Positions 49,812 through 60,460 of a DNA stretch of 64,000 bases are shown one piece after another; positions within the stretch are counted from its first letter, which is position 1, and each line of letters begins with the position of its first letter. Position numbers and translations under genes: made by a program. The notes under the pieces are model-generated. The model had not been told where the DNA came from. It made no database searches and saw nothing but the letters and a program-made list of their open reading frames with translations. Origin of the DNA: Trichodelitschia bisporula (Eukaryota); contig ML996693.1 of the NCBI GenBank assembly GCA_010356995.1, positions 1,178,001-1,242,000 of the forward strand, in the 5' to 3' direction.

Positions 49812-52109
49812 GTGAGGTTGAGGGAGGTTGTACGCATTTTCGTTGTGATGATGGACGGGTGGGAAAATGGGAAAATGTACGATACCCTTTTTATGTGTTG
49901 TTTTCCGGTTCTTTTTATGAGTTTGTGGGATGGGGGGCGATTATGGGTGGGTTTGCAGGGTGTTTCGTGCCGTATTGATGTTATGAGAGTGCGATGGGTA
50001 ATTCATGGTTGTATTGCTGCTCTATGGATTTGACTCTACTGGACGTTCGTGATGTGGTATGGGAATGGGGTTGGTGATGCCCTTCTCGAGATGGGTTCTT
50101 GCTCTGAACAACTCCTGCGAGCTCTCCGTCTTCGCATAGCAGGCATCGGGGGAAGGGTGACGTAAAAATATGGAAAGACCATTCGTACTATTGGAAAGAG
50201 CATACTTGCCCGGGGAAGTGGGCGAGGGAGATAATGGAAGGAGCGCTGGAAGATACGGACGACAGTGTATCGTAATATGAGCGGCCCCGTCACTCACCTT
50301 TCTGTTTTGTGCATCGTCCTTCTACACACCTTTAATCTGCTTTCGTTGTTTGTGAGTTCTCTTCCTCTTCTCGACTGAAGATGTGCGTATCCGGAATAGT
50401 CACGACAAGTTCTACATGCTTACTGGAAGGTATTCGATCGCGACGATATCAGTGGTGCTGGTTTGAAGACGAAGTGAGTCTGTCTACAAGAATCCCGTCT
50501 AGAACTAGAAGCTAAGATTGATCTTCGCCTGCGTCCGGCCCCGAAATCTGGGACGATTAATCTCGAGCATCAGCATTCAACGTCCTGCGCAACCTTTGAA
50601 TATTCCGCCGGGCGAGGGGAAGAATGTGGAACAGTATCGGAATCCCCCCGACCAGTCATCCCGAGCCGCATCTCTTCAGCAAACACAGAGCTAGGCCGGT
50701 CACTGTATTGACCACATGAACCTTCGTCCCCCTGGTCCAGCGCTCGGCGGCTTACAAGTTGGCAGCTGGCGCGCTCCGTTCGGCCGTACCCTCGGCATCG
50801 GCTGTGTTGCCAAAGCATCATTTGCGCGAGCCCGAAGATTCTGATACTGAACCGGCAGACGGCAAATGGCGAACGGCTACATTCTAGCCAAGTAGCCGCT
50901 AGGCCAACGAGTCCATCTTCCTACGGACAAGGCGCGGAAATGGGAAAATCCTCCGAGGGGACTGGACGCGGTACACACCAGCCTTGTCCAAAAAGGTTCT
51001 GGTGTGGAGCGGCACTCCATGCGCGTGCAGCCATGCAGGGAAGCCGACGATCATCACGGTTCTCGCTGTCACGAGGTGACGTACGTTGTACTCGGAAATA
51101 CAAGACCATGCAGCCCAAAAGCTTGACATCAACATCAGTGTCAAGTCAAGCGCGTCTCACGACAAAGAAAGCACGCTTCTAGCACCCAAATCTCAGCCAC
51201 ATCTCCATAATTACTACGCTACTGGTTTTTCTAGTCCTGTTCCGGTGCAAATACAGCCGAGGAGCAAGCTCCGGCGGACAGGGCCGTGGTGAGCATGATT
51301 TCCGCGTTGACAGTCACAATGAATGCCTGTTAGCTTTGGACACCATATTGACAGTGGTACGACGGATGGCGTGTCTATGGCAGGTAGGGACACACTGAGG
51401 TGGACGGGGCCGTCGTGAGAATGGCCAGTAGGTGAGGTGAGGAGGTGAGGTCTGAATAGCAGTGACGGATGTGGCTGCCAAGCTCGGCCACCCGCGACGG
51501 CACGCGCCCGCAGACTGCGAGTTTGCCGCTCGTCCTTCATCCATGCACCCCGGACCCCAGAATCATCATGCGAACCGAGGAGACGGGAGCGAAACTCTCC
51601 AAAGAAGGCAGCGACCGGTGAAGATGGCGGGGCGAAATGCGGGGATGGGATGCGGAGAAGTGGAGAAGTGGGGTTGCGCTCGTCCTCCCAAATTCCCACG
51701 ATGCAACCTCGTAGTCCCGCCATGCGCTGCGACGGGCTCGCGACTCTGACATTCAAGGTTCTCCCACGTCCACTGGGCTCCCTTGATCCGCTCGGCCCCC
51801 CTGCCATGGCTTTCTTCCAGAGCTTCCAGCCACTGCCGTCCCCGGCATTGCTTAATTGTCGGCCTAACGCTGTGATCTCCCGGCCTATGATGTCCCGAGC
51901 GCGGACGTTGAGCTTGGTCCCGCTGGCGGGGATAATGCCGTGACACTTCGTAACCGGCGAATATGCGGCAAATGGGTATAGATTGGGAGCACATATAACC
52001 GGACGGATCGACCCGTGCCCGTCAAATGTGTTTTTGCGTTTTCTGATCGCGAAGATTTTGTCCAGGACACTTCACACAGACTCCAAGGCGAAAGATAGAG
52101 GCGATCACG

Positions 52110-53785
52110 ATGGGTTTCCCTAAGGTGTACAACACCTACTTTCTGGCCATAGTTTCGACTATCGGCGGCATGCTGTACGTTCTTGTCAGCGGTACCTTGT
52201 CTTATCTAACCATTTAGCTTTGGCTTTGACATCTCGTCCATGGCGGCCATTGTCGGGACGGATCAGTACATCTGGTACTTCAACAACCCGCACGGTGTTA
52301 CGCAAGGTGAGTCGAGTTCGTTATGTCTGATTCAAGTCTAACTTTTCAGGTGCAATTGGCTCCGCGCTGGCCGCCGGGTCCGTCATCGGTGCCCTCATGG
52401 CGGGCCCAATCTCCGACAAATACGGTCGCCGGGACAGTATTGCCTTTGCTTGCATCTGGTGGCTGATCGGGACGGCGGTCCAAGTCTCGACAAAGGGCGT
52501 TGGACAACTGATCGCTGGGCGCATCCTCAATGGCGTGTGCGTCGGCATCACGTCGTCGCAGGTGCCGGTCTACCTCGCTGAGATTGCGAAGAAGGACAAG
52601 CGTGGCAGCATCGTCGTGATTCAGCAACTCGCCATCGAGTTTGGTATCCTGGTCATGTACTTCGTCGGCTACGGCTGCTCCTTCATCGGCTCGCCGAAAT
52701 CTACCACCAGCTTCCGCACTGCCTGGGGCATCCAGTTTGTCCCTGCTGCGCTGCTTCTTATGGGTCTGCCGTTCCTGCCCCGCTCGCCACGCTGGCTCGC
52801 CAAGGTCGGCCGCAAGGAGGAGGCTATTGATGTTCTGTCGAAAATTCAGGCTGGGGGCAACCGAGCCGACCCGCTCGTCGTTGCCGAGCTGCAGGAGATT
52901 GAGACTGTGCTTATTGCTGAGCGCGCTGGGGCAAAGGGGTGGCGTCGGTTTATCGACAATGGCATGTGGCGCCGCACGTTTGCGGGAATGAGCGTACAGG
53001 CGTGGCAGCAGCTGTCGGGCGCGAACGTGATGGTGTACTACATGGTGAGTGAGGCGACCGTTTTTCCGGCACCGCTAACAGCGCAGGTTTACGTGTTCTC
53101 CATGGCTGGCCTGCACGGCAACATCAACCTGATCAGTTCCGGGATCCAGTACGCCCTGTTCATCATCTTCACAGTTTTCACCTTCTTCTTCATCGACCGG
53201 ACCGGGCGGCGACCGCTCCTCATCTACGGCGCAATCGGCATGGGCGTGTGCCACTTCGTCGTCGGCGGCATTCTGGGCACGCACGGGAAGTACACGCCCG
53301 GCGGTGTGGACGGCAACCTCAACGTCGTTATCTCACTCGACCCAGGCGCCGCGTCGCACACCGTTATTGCCTTCTCCTACCTGCTCATCATCATCTACGC
53401 GCTGACCCTCGCGCCCGTAGCCTGGGTCTACGCGGCGGAGGTGTGGTCGCTGGAGACGCGCGCGTACGGCATGGCGCTCGCGAGTATCGCAAATTGGCTG
53501 TTTAACTTCGCGCTGGGCCTGTTTGTGCCCCCCGCTTTCCGCAATATCTCGTGGAAGACGTTTATTATTTTTGGGGTGTTGTGCTTTGGCGCGGCGGCGC
53601 AAGCGTTCGTTTCGTATCCTGAAACTGCCGGGAAGAGTCTGGAGGAGATTGAGGAGATGTTTAGGCCTGGTGGCCCCAAGCCGTGGAAGACGAGGGTTGG
53701 GGATTCGCATCTTGAGGCGAAGGTGGAGGAGGTAAGGGAGCAGCAGGAGAAGGCGGGTGTGGTTGAGAAGACGACATATGTCTAG
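52110..53785 (+). CDS. MFS sugar porter, high-affinity glucose transporter (HGT1-like clade) (515 aa)
   Basis: Exons 52110-52174, 52218-52306, 52350-53044, 53087-53785. FGFDISSM, DKYGRR, PRSPRWL, QQLSGAN, DRTGRR, PETAGKSLEEI. Confidence 0.93.
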
Positions 53786-54303
53786 TGCGGGGAAAATGAT
53801 CAGTTTGGTCTGGCAGGGGTTAGAGATACCTATGCAAGCAATTGGAAGACGATGTTTTGTCCTGCCTGTGTACCGAAGTGTGTACAAGCTTCCAGTAAAA
53901 GTGTCCGTCGAACGACAAGGCTGGATAAAACGCCACATGCGAGGCTGATCCCAACCCGATACGGCTAAAGCTGCACCTCCGCTAGCCCGAATCAAGCTGG
54001 GCCATGACGGCATCTACTCTGAGAGAAGGAGCACTTACAAGGGAAGAAAGTTGCCACAACCGCGGTTTGCATGAGACCTGGACCTTCGGGACGACAGTTG
54101 CGATTTGATGTTATCGAGGGGTGGACCCCCGAGCGGGAGTTAACGTCATACCTACGTAGTTATAAGAAGCAGCAATCGGTGCTGTTTGCCAGTTCTCCAA
54201 CCGCCTCACGCGAACAAGAAGCTTAAAAAGATTCCGCAACTGAACTCTCCTCCTACACTACCTCCTCAATTACGTTCCCACCTAATCCTCACACATCACC
54301 ACA

Positions 54304-55284
54304 ATGTCTGCCATCAAGCTCAACACCGGCGCCAGCCTGCCCGCCATCGGCCTGGGCACCTGGCAAGATCCCGACGCGCAGCAAGATGCCGTAGCCGCGG
54401 CTCTCAAGGCGGGCTACCGCCACATCGACACAGCAACCGTGTACGGCACCGAGAAGGCCGTTGGCGAGGGCCTCAAGAAGTCTGGCGTGCCACGCAGCGA
54501 GGTCTTCATCACAACGAAGCTGTGGAACAACAAGCACCACCCCAATGACGTCGAGAAGGCGCTCGACCAGTCGCTGGCCGACCTCGGGACCGACTATGTC
54601 GACCTCTGGTTGATTCACTGGCCCGTTGCATTTGGTCGCGGAGAGGACAAGTTCCCCAAGACCAGTGACGGCAAGCCGATTACTGAGAACATTGACTTCG
54701 TCGATACCTACAAGGCTATGGAGAAGTGCTTCAAGGCTGGCAAGGCCAAGGCTATTGGTGTCTCCAACTTCAGTCATGCCGAGATGGAGCGTCTACTGAA
54801 GGAGACGAGCGTGGTATGTTGCTATTACTATCATTGTTATTGAACGCCGCTAACAAACCAGGTCCCCGCCGTGCACCAGATTGAGCGCCATCCGTGGTTG
54901 CAGCAAAACAAGTTTGTCAAGTGGCTCCACGAGAAGGACATCGCCGTCGTCGCGTACAGCCCGTTCGGCAACGCCAACCCCATCTACGAGGGCACCAAGG
55001 AGCTTGGGCTGCTGATCCAAGATCCGACGCTCGTGGAGATTGGCAAGAAGTATGGCAAGTCGGGCGCGCAGACGGCGCTGGCGTGGGGTATTTCGACGGG
55101 GTGTGCGGTGATTCCCAAGAGCAAGTCCCAAGAACGTGTCAAGCAGAACCTGGAGGGTGACTTCAAGCTGTCCGAGGAAGACGTCAAGAAGATTGAGGCG
55201 ATTGACAAGAAGGCGCGGTTTAACGACTCGTCGGCGGACTTCGGGTACGACTTTTTCATGGATTTGGATGGAAAGAAGAAGTAG
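54304..55284 (+). CDS. Aldo-keto reductase (310 aa)
   Basis: Exons 54304-54813, 54862-55284. Catalytic tetrad contexts HIDTA, VYGTE, TTKLW, LIHWP; IGVSNF; IPKS. TATAAG at about 54161. Confidence 0.94.
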
Positions 55285-55766
55285 GGCGGTAGATGGTGAG
55301 CTAGCTTCACCCAAAACGAACTGTATGAACTGTAGTTTGCATGCGTATGGCGCTCAGAAATCAAGTTGTTTTCTAGGAAGTGAGCATGACCGATGAGCGT
55401 GATGCCGTTCTTGTGTTAACGGAGCAGCGGGAAGCAGAAAGCTAGTCACTGCTTCAGCTTTCGAAGCTGTACACAATGCAGTCCTGTGCACATGTGCTAC
55501 TTGTTAATGGCGGGCCACCTTCGGGCAGAACTGGTGGAGCTCGGGGATTGGGATGAAGCTCGGATCACTTCCGTGTCTTTTTTTCGGAGCGGAAAAACTT
55601 TACACCGAAAAAGGTTAGGTATTTCTTTCGCGACGCATCCCCGAAACCGAAACTTCTTCAACCACCAGCTTGCAGCTTTGCAGCTCCCACCCCACAGCCA
55701 GCGCTGGCCGCTGGCGACTGATTGTATCTGTCGCATCGAGGTAAGCAGATCGACTCTTCCTTTCAC

Positions 55767-55849
55767 TACAATGATGAGGAGCAAAAACACGAACAATCCA
55801 ACTCCTATCAATCGTGAGGATCATAAGCTCTACAATCTCTCTGAACTGT
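55767..55849 (+). ncRNA. Box C/D snoRNA guiding the 25S A-loop region (G2917-equivalent; SNORD69-like)
   Basis: Box C ATGATGA 55771-55777; guide GAACAATCCAAC 55791-55802 complementary to 25S GUUGGAUUGUUC; D' CCTA 55804-55807; C' GTGAGGA; box D CTGA 55841-55844. Confidence 0.78.
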
Positions 55850-56014
55850 CACGGCCCTCGATTTGTTCGTCACCCGCTGTGTTCCCCAGCTAACAGTGTA
55901 CAGAAATTTCTCACTGTAGCACTGCGACGTGCCGACAAGACGCTGACCGCAGCGCCCTGCTGCAACTGCGCTCCCACAATCTCAAAAGGTACACATTGCA
56001 ATTTCTTTTCTCTC

Positions 56015-56105
56015 TGGGATGATGATAATGTGACATCGGAAAGGCATTCCTCGATCTGAATTCAATGTGGATCACGTCTTTAAAGTTTCAGCCTTGTCTG
56101 ACCTC
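56015..56105 (+). ncRNA. snR41: Box C/D snoRNA, snR41-like (18S Gm1126 guide) with a second 18S guide
   Basis: Box C 56019-56025; D' guide AGGCATTCCTCG 56042-56053 with CTGA 56056-56059; D guide AAGTTTCAGCCTTG 56083-56096 complementary to 18S CAAGGCUGAAACUU; box D 56098-56101. Confidence 0.85.
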
Positions 56106-56182
56106 TGTCATTCTGCTTATCTTTGCACGTTCTTTGCGACCGTAGCTAACCACAAGCAGGTACATTTGCTCCTCTCCATCTC

Positions 56183-56315
56183 TCCAATATGACGAAACTT
56201 GACGAACGGGCGGTCATACTGCGTTCTCCTCGGCCGCGTCCGCCAAACAGGACGTACAATCCTGGGGCGTGGGCTGGGGAAGAACTTGCTGAGAACTCGT
56301 CAGCTGAACATTGGA
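56183..56315 (+). ncRNA. snR70: Box C/D snoRNA snR70 (18S Cm1639 guide)
   Basis: Terminal stem TCCAAT/ATTGGA; box C ATGACGA 56189-56195; guide ACGGGCGGT 56206-56214 complementary to 18S ACCGCCCGU, D' CATA places the +5 rule on the expected C; box D 56304-56307; lies between the snR41 and snR51 homologues. Confidence 0.82.
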
Positions 56316-56392
56316 CACACCGCCATGGTGCTTGAACTATTGTGGGCAAAGCTGACCGGTTCAGGTACATGTGCTCGTCTTTTTCTTGGTTC

Positions 56393-56558
56393 CCATCAAT
56401 ATGATGATCAACATTCACACTGTGTGATTGGACTGGCGTGTAAACGACGTCAGCTCCAAATGATCTTACAACACTGAAAATTCTGATTTAATGAGGTATG
56501 TTCGACCCCCAAGTCCAGGCCCGGGAATGACGCTAACTGTCGCAGCCTGATTTGATGG
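56393..56558 (+). ncRNA. snR51: Box C/D snoRNA snR51 (18S Am100, 25S Um2729) interrupted by a 50-nt intron (56496-56545)
   Basis: Terminal stem CCATCAA/TTGATGG; box C 56401-56407; D' guide ATTCACACTG 56413-56422 with GTGA; D guide CTGATTTAATGAG 56483-56495, then intron, then C and box D CTGA 56547-56550. Confidence 0.87.
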
Positions 56559-56686
56559 CTTTTGCCTTTTGCTGCTTCAATGTGTGGAGGCTAGCCGCTG
56601 ACTATGTCGCATTCTAGGCAAGTTCGTCAGGTTGTGGGAGTTGTGCTTGAGAGCCTGTGGTAAGCCGCCCCTCTCCTTTTCCCCTC

Positions 56687-56769
56687 TAGCCTGATGAGAT
56701 ACACGAGACGCTGCGTTCTTCCTGAGTGCGCCGATGAAGAGACAACTCACCTTGGAGACCTGAATGCTA
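56687..56769 (+). ncRNA. Box C/D snoRNA with 5.8S A43 guide and 25S guide (SNORD55/U55-like site)
   Basis: Stem TAGC/GCTA; TGATGA 56692-56697; guide GCTGCGTTCTTC 56710-56721 (5.8S GAAGAACGCAGC) with CTGA 56722-56725; guide CACCTTGGAGAC 56748-56759 (25S GUCUCCAAGGUG) with CTGA 56760-56763. Confidence 0.85.
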
Positions 56770-56912
56770 CTGCTCCACTTGCTTTAAAAATCCGGTCGAG
56801 GCCCCGCTGACTGGTGACAGGACTCTGAAAATCGGCTCGGCCGATGTAGATAGCAATGTATACCCATGCAACCCGATTCTCTGAATGTGCGTGCTCCGAC
56901 CATTAGTGACTA

Positions 56913-58088
56913 CTATATCCAGTAATTATCCCAATTGAACTTGAGTGCCTCGTTTCCCCACGAGCACCAGCCGGCGACGAGATGGCGTGCATAAATTTCC
57001 CATGCATTATACCAGATGGGGCCCTCGCGCTCCGCGTACCCTGGCAGCAGTGGCTCGAGCAGCTCCTTGAGGCAGGGCTTGCGCGAGTGCAGGTCCGGCA
57101 CACCAGCAATGACCCTTCGCGCCGGCTCCTCGCATGCTGGCGCGCCCTTGCGCCCGACAAGCAGCATCTCCCACGGGCATCTCCACGCGCCGTCGAGCGG
57201 CGTGACAGGCTCACCAGCTTCGGTTATCTTCACCCAAATCCACTCCTCGACCAATGTCACGCCCCAGGCATCGAATATGCCGTTCCGGCCGAGCACGGAG
57301 TTACGCACAGCAGCCTTGTTCGTGATCCACACCGCCACTATCCCGTCTTTGACAGTAGACCATTGATAGGCCTGCGCCAGACCGACGAGTTCAGCGGTAA
57401 GGACATCAAGGGTGCGGGTTGTAGGGTAGGCGCTGCTGCGACCAGCGGACTTATTCGGCCAGGGCGGATCGAGGAGGAAGAGGCTGACTGATGCGCGATT
57501 GAGGTGCGGTGGATGTGATGGGATCGTGTGTAGCGTATGGGTTGTGAAGGGGGGAAGATGGAAGTTTATATGCTGGGGTCGCCACGTCGGGGTTGGGATG
57601 GAGATGTGCAGGGTGAGGGATTGCGGAGCGCTGGTCGCGTTGCTGTATGAGCCGGGGTAGTTGGAGCAGAAGAATGGAGGCGCGGGAGGCGCAGTGATGG
57701 TGTATGTACGCGCTGGGACCGGGTTAATGGCACCGAACAGGAGGGCCGGGAGGCTGGCTTCTGTCTCGGTATCGGCTGGCTGGTTTGTCCGGCGGGGATG
57801 GCACCATGGCCCCGTGTGTTGGGAGCTGATGTCAGGCAGGGCCGCGCGGATTAGCGCGATGTAGATGTCCCGCTTTGGGCCGGAGTTTTGTGATGAGAGG
57901 CGCTCGCGCGCTGCTTCGCTTTTGGGTTCGGGAGTGGTGTAGGGTGCGGTTGGCGGGGGGCGGGAGAGGAGGTGCCGGGTTGCGGGGGCGTAGGGTGTGC
58001 CTTGTGCGTGGGCGATTGATGTCGGGATGTCGATGAGGGTGATTGTGTGGGAGGGGTTTTGGTAGAGGATTGGCGGAGGGAGAGGCAT
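56913..58088 (-). CDS. MT-A70 family N6-adenine methyltransferase, METTL4-like (391 aa)
   Basis: Single exon from ATG 58088; LLDPPWPNKS catalytic motif, VAVWITNK, EEWIWVKIT..GEPV, VPDLHSRKP, EIYARHL..GWCSWGNEALKF. Confidence 0.9.
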   Translation of the reverse strand: MPLPPPILYQNPSHTITLIDIPTSIAHAQGTPYAPATRHLLSRPPPTAPYTTPEPKSEAARERLSSQNSGPKRDIYIALIRAALPDISSQHTGPWCHPRRTNQPADTETEASLPALLFGAINPVPARTYTITAPPAPPFFCSNYPGSYSNATSAPQSLTLHISIPTPTWRPQHINFHLPPFTTHTLHTIPSHPPHLNRASVSLFLLDPPWPNKSAGRSSAYPTTRTLDVLTAELVGLAQAYQWSTVKDGIVAVWITNKAAVRNSVLGRNGIFDAWGVTLVEEWIWVKITEAGEPVTPLDGAWRCPWEMLLVGRKGAPACEEPARRVIAGVPDLHSRKPCLKELLEPLLPGYAEREGPIWYNAWEIYARHLVAGWCSWGNEALKFNWDNYWI

Positions 58089-59018
58089 GGTGATATTGAA
58101 GGGGAGGTAGGGAGAGGGTAGGTTTTGGGAGGTTGAGTTTACGATCTGGATGGTGTGGGAGAATTGCGTTTGGTGATTGTGAGTGTTGAGTGTCGTGGAG
58201 GGGTGTGGTTTGGGGATCTGAGGTGGTTGTCTGCTGGTGACGCAGATGCGGATTGAGGCTCGATCCCGGGTTTCCCAATTCGGCTGCATGCTAATTTGGA
58301 TCGAGATAGAGAGCCCGGACTAGCAGAAAGAAGCTTTGCCATTCACATGACGGACATTTTACTCCGTCAGTGTGGAGTATTAGCTTGTCCGATGCTACCC
58401 GCCGTCAGGTGCCGAGGGGAAAGGTGAGGGGATCGCTGGTGGGGATTTACGGGCCGGGACGAAAAGGCGAAGCAGAGAAGCCGAAAGCGGAGAACAATAA
58501 AGAAGAAAGCGAAGATGGATGAATCTCGTGAACGATACTTTATCAGGCAAACCGTCGTTGGTGTTGAGCATCCGGCTAGATCATTGTTCACTAGATCATC
58601 GTCGTTGTGTAGAAGATCTCATGCCTATCTCCGTCTCACGTTCTCCATCTCCGTTCTCGGCAACCCGGCCGGCCTTTTCCAAGGGGTGAAGTCACTCGTC
58701 ACTCCGCCCCCCCCGGCTCCCCCGACCCCCCGAGGTCAGTGCGCTGACGCAACCGTTCTCAACTCTTTTTCGCCATCCATCCGCAGCGCCAACCCGCTGC
58801 CAACCCTTCTCCACACGCTGCTTCTCCACTCCACCCAAACCTAGCGACTACATACCAAACATACTTCATGGCCAGCCCCAGTATCTCATTGCTGGCTTCC
58901 TTCGCGCTGAGGTAGTCTCCCCTGCGCCTCTTATCCGAGCGAGCGCGGGATGCAAGACCGCCTCGCAGGGCATGAGCAGCACCTCCAGCCTCCGCCCTCC
59001 TCGACTCCTTCTCCTCAA

Positions 59019-60250
59019 ATGTCCCACCTTGCCACAGGCACGGCGCCCGCCCAGGCAATTCCTCGCGAGCGCCGCACTCCCCGCGACCATGCCGTTTGTC
59101 CAACGGACGACGAGGCCATCGTGCCCAAGCAGCAACCCGCCGAGCGCAAGACGCTAAGCAAACAGAGCCCGGAATACATATGGAAGAGCGGAGTCGCGGG
59201 CGGGTTGGCGGGATGTGTGGTGAGTTGCCACGTGCGAGACGCGCGATTGCCATGCTGATGACGCAGGCCAAAACCGTGGTCGGTCCCCTTGACCGCGTCA
59301 AGATCCTTTTCCAGACTTCCAATCCCGAATTCGCGAAGTACACGGGCAAATGGTCTGGCGTGGCTGTTGCCATGCGCAGTATCTACGGCCAGGATGGTTT
59401 GCGCGGCTTGTTTCGCGGGCATTCGGCGACGCTGCTGCGTATTTTCCCCTATGCGGGCATCAAGTTCCTCGCCTACGAGCAGATCCGCGGCGTCATTATT
59501 CCGCAGCACGAGTACGAGACACATATCCGCCGATTTGCCTCTGGCTCCCTTGCCGGTTGCGTTTCTGTATTCTTCACCTATCCTCTTGAGGTCATCCGCG
59601 TGCGCCTGGCCTTCGAAACGAGCCATGAGGGTCGCAGTACCCTCCCTGGAATTTGCCGTAAAATTTACAACGAGCGTCCGCGGTTACCGGCCACGGGACC
59701 GACTAGCATCGATACATCGTCCGTTGGGCGTGCTGCAGTTTCCTCACTAACCGCTTCAGCCAATGCCGCCGTCGGCGCTGCGCCGCAGTGGGGCCTGATG
59801 AACTTCTTCCGCGGCTTCACGCCTACACTGCTGGGCATGTTGCCCTATGCTGGATCCTCCTTCTTCGCCCACGACCTCGTCGGCGACATCCTCCGCATGC
59901 CGCTGCTCGCACCCTCTACCACCTTGCCCGGTACGGCGGGGAGCAAGTCAGACCCACACAAGCCGGCGCAACTACGCTACTGGGCCGAGCTGATGGCGGG
60001 CGGCTTTGCGGGCTTCTTCAGTCAGACAGTGAGCTACCCACTCGAAGTCATTCGGCGGCGGATGCAAGTAGGCGGTGTGGTAGGCGACGGTCACCGACTA
60101 CGGATTGGGGAGGTTGTATCAAGGATATGGGCGGAGAGGGGGTGGAGGGGCTTTTTCGTTGGCTTGGGCATTGGGTATGTCAAGGTGGTTCCGCTGGCTG
60201 CGACGAGCTTTTTCGTATATGAGCGCGCGAAGTGGATGCTTGGGATTTAG
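59019..60250 (+). CDS. leu5: Mitochondrial carrier, Leu5/SLC25A16-like CoA transporter (~394 aa; in-frame upstream ATG at 58950)
   Basis: Exons 59019-59219, 59267-60250. Three carrier signatures (PLDRVKILFQ, PLEVIRVRLA, PLEVIRRRMQ); GHSATLLRIFPYAGIKF. Confidence 0.9.
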
Positions 60251-60460
60251 CGCTGCGTTGGGCTTGGGGCTTGGATGTGGGATAGACGGATGACCTGCGG
60301 AGGTGCTTGGCGTTTGGTTTGGGTGAGCTATTGCTAGTTGTAGATACCTCAGTGCATTTGAATTGAGATGTTGCATTCATTCGTACTCATCTCACGATCT
60401 TCTCGCGTTCGGCTGATGTCGACCAAGCAGGAGCATTGATATGGGAAGAAGGGGCATACT

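Larger units (their letters stand above)
55650..56900 (+). ncRNA. Spliced non-coding snoRNA host transcript (ends approximate)
   Basis: Five consecutive donor/branch/acceptor sets: 55741-55903, 55989-56159, 56160-56364, 56365-56617, 56660-56820. Each contains one C/D snoRNA; the exons are tiny or absent and encode no ORF. Confidence 0.85.
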
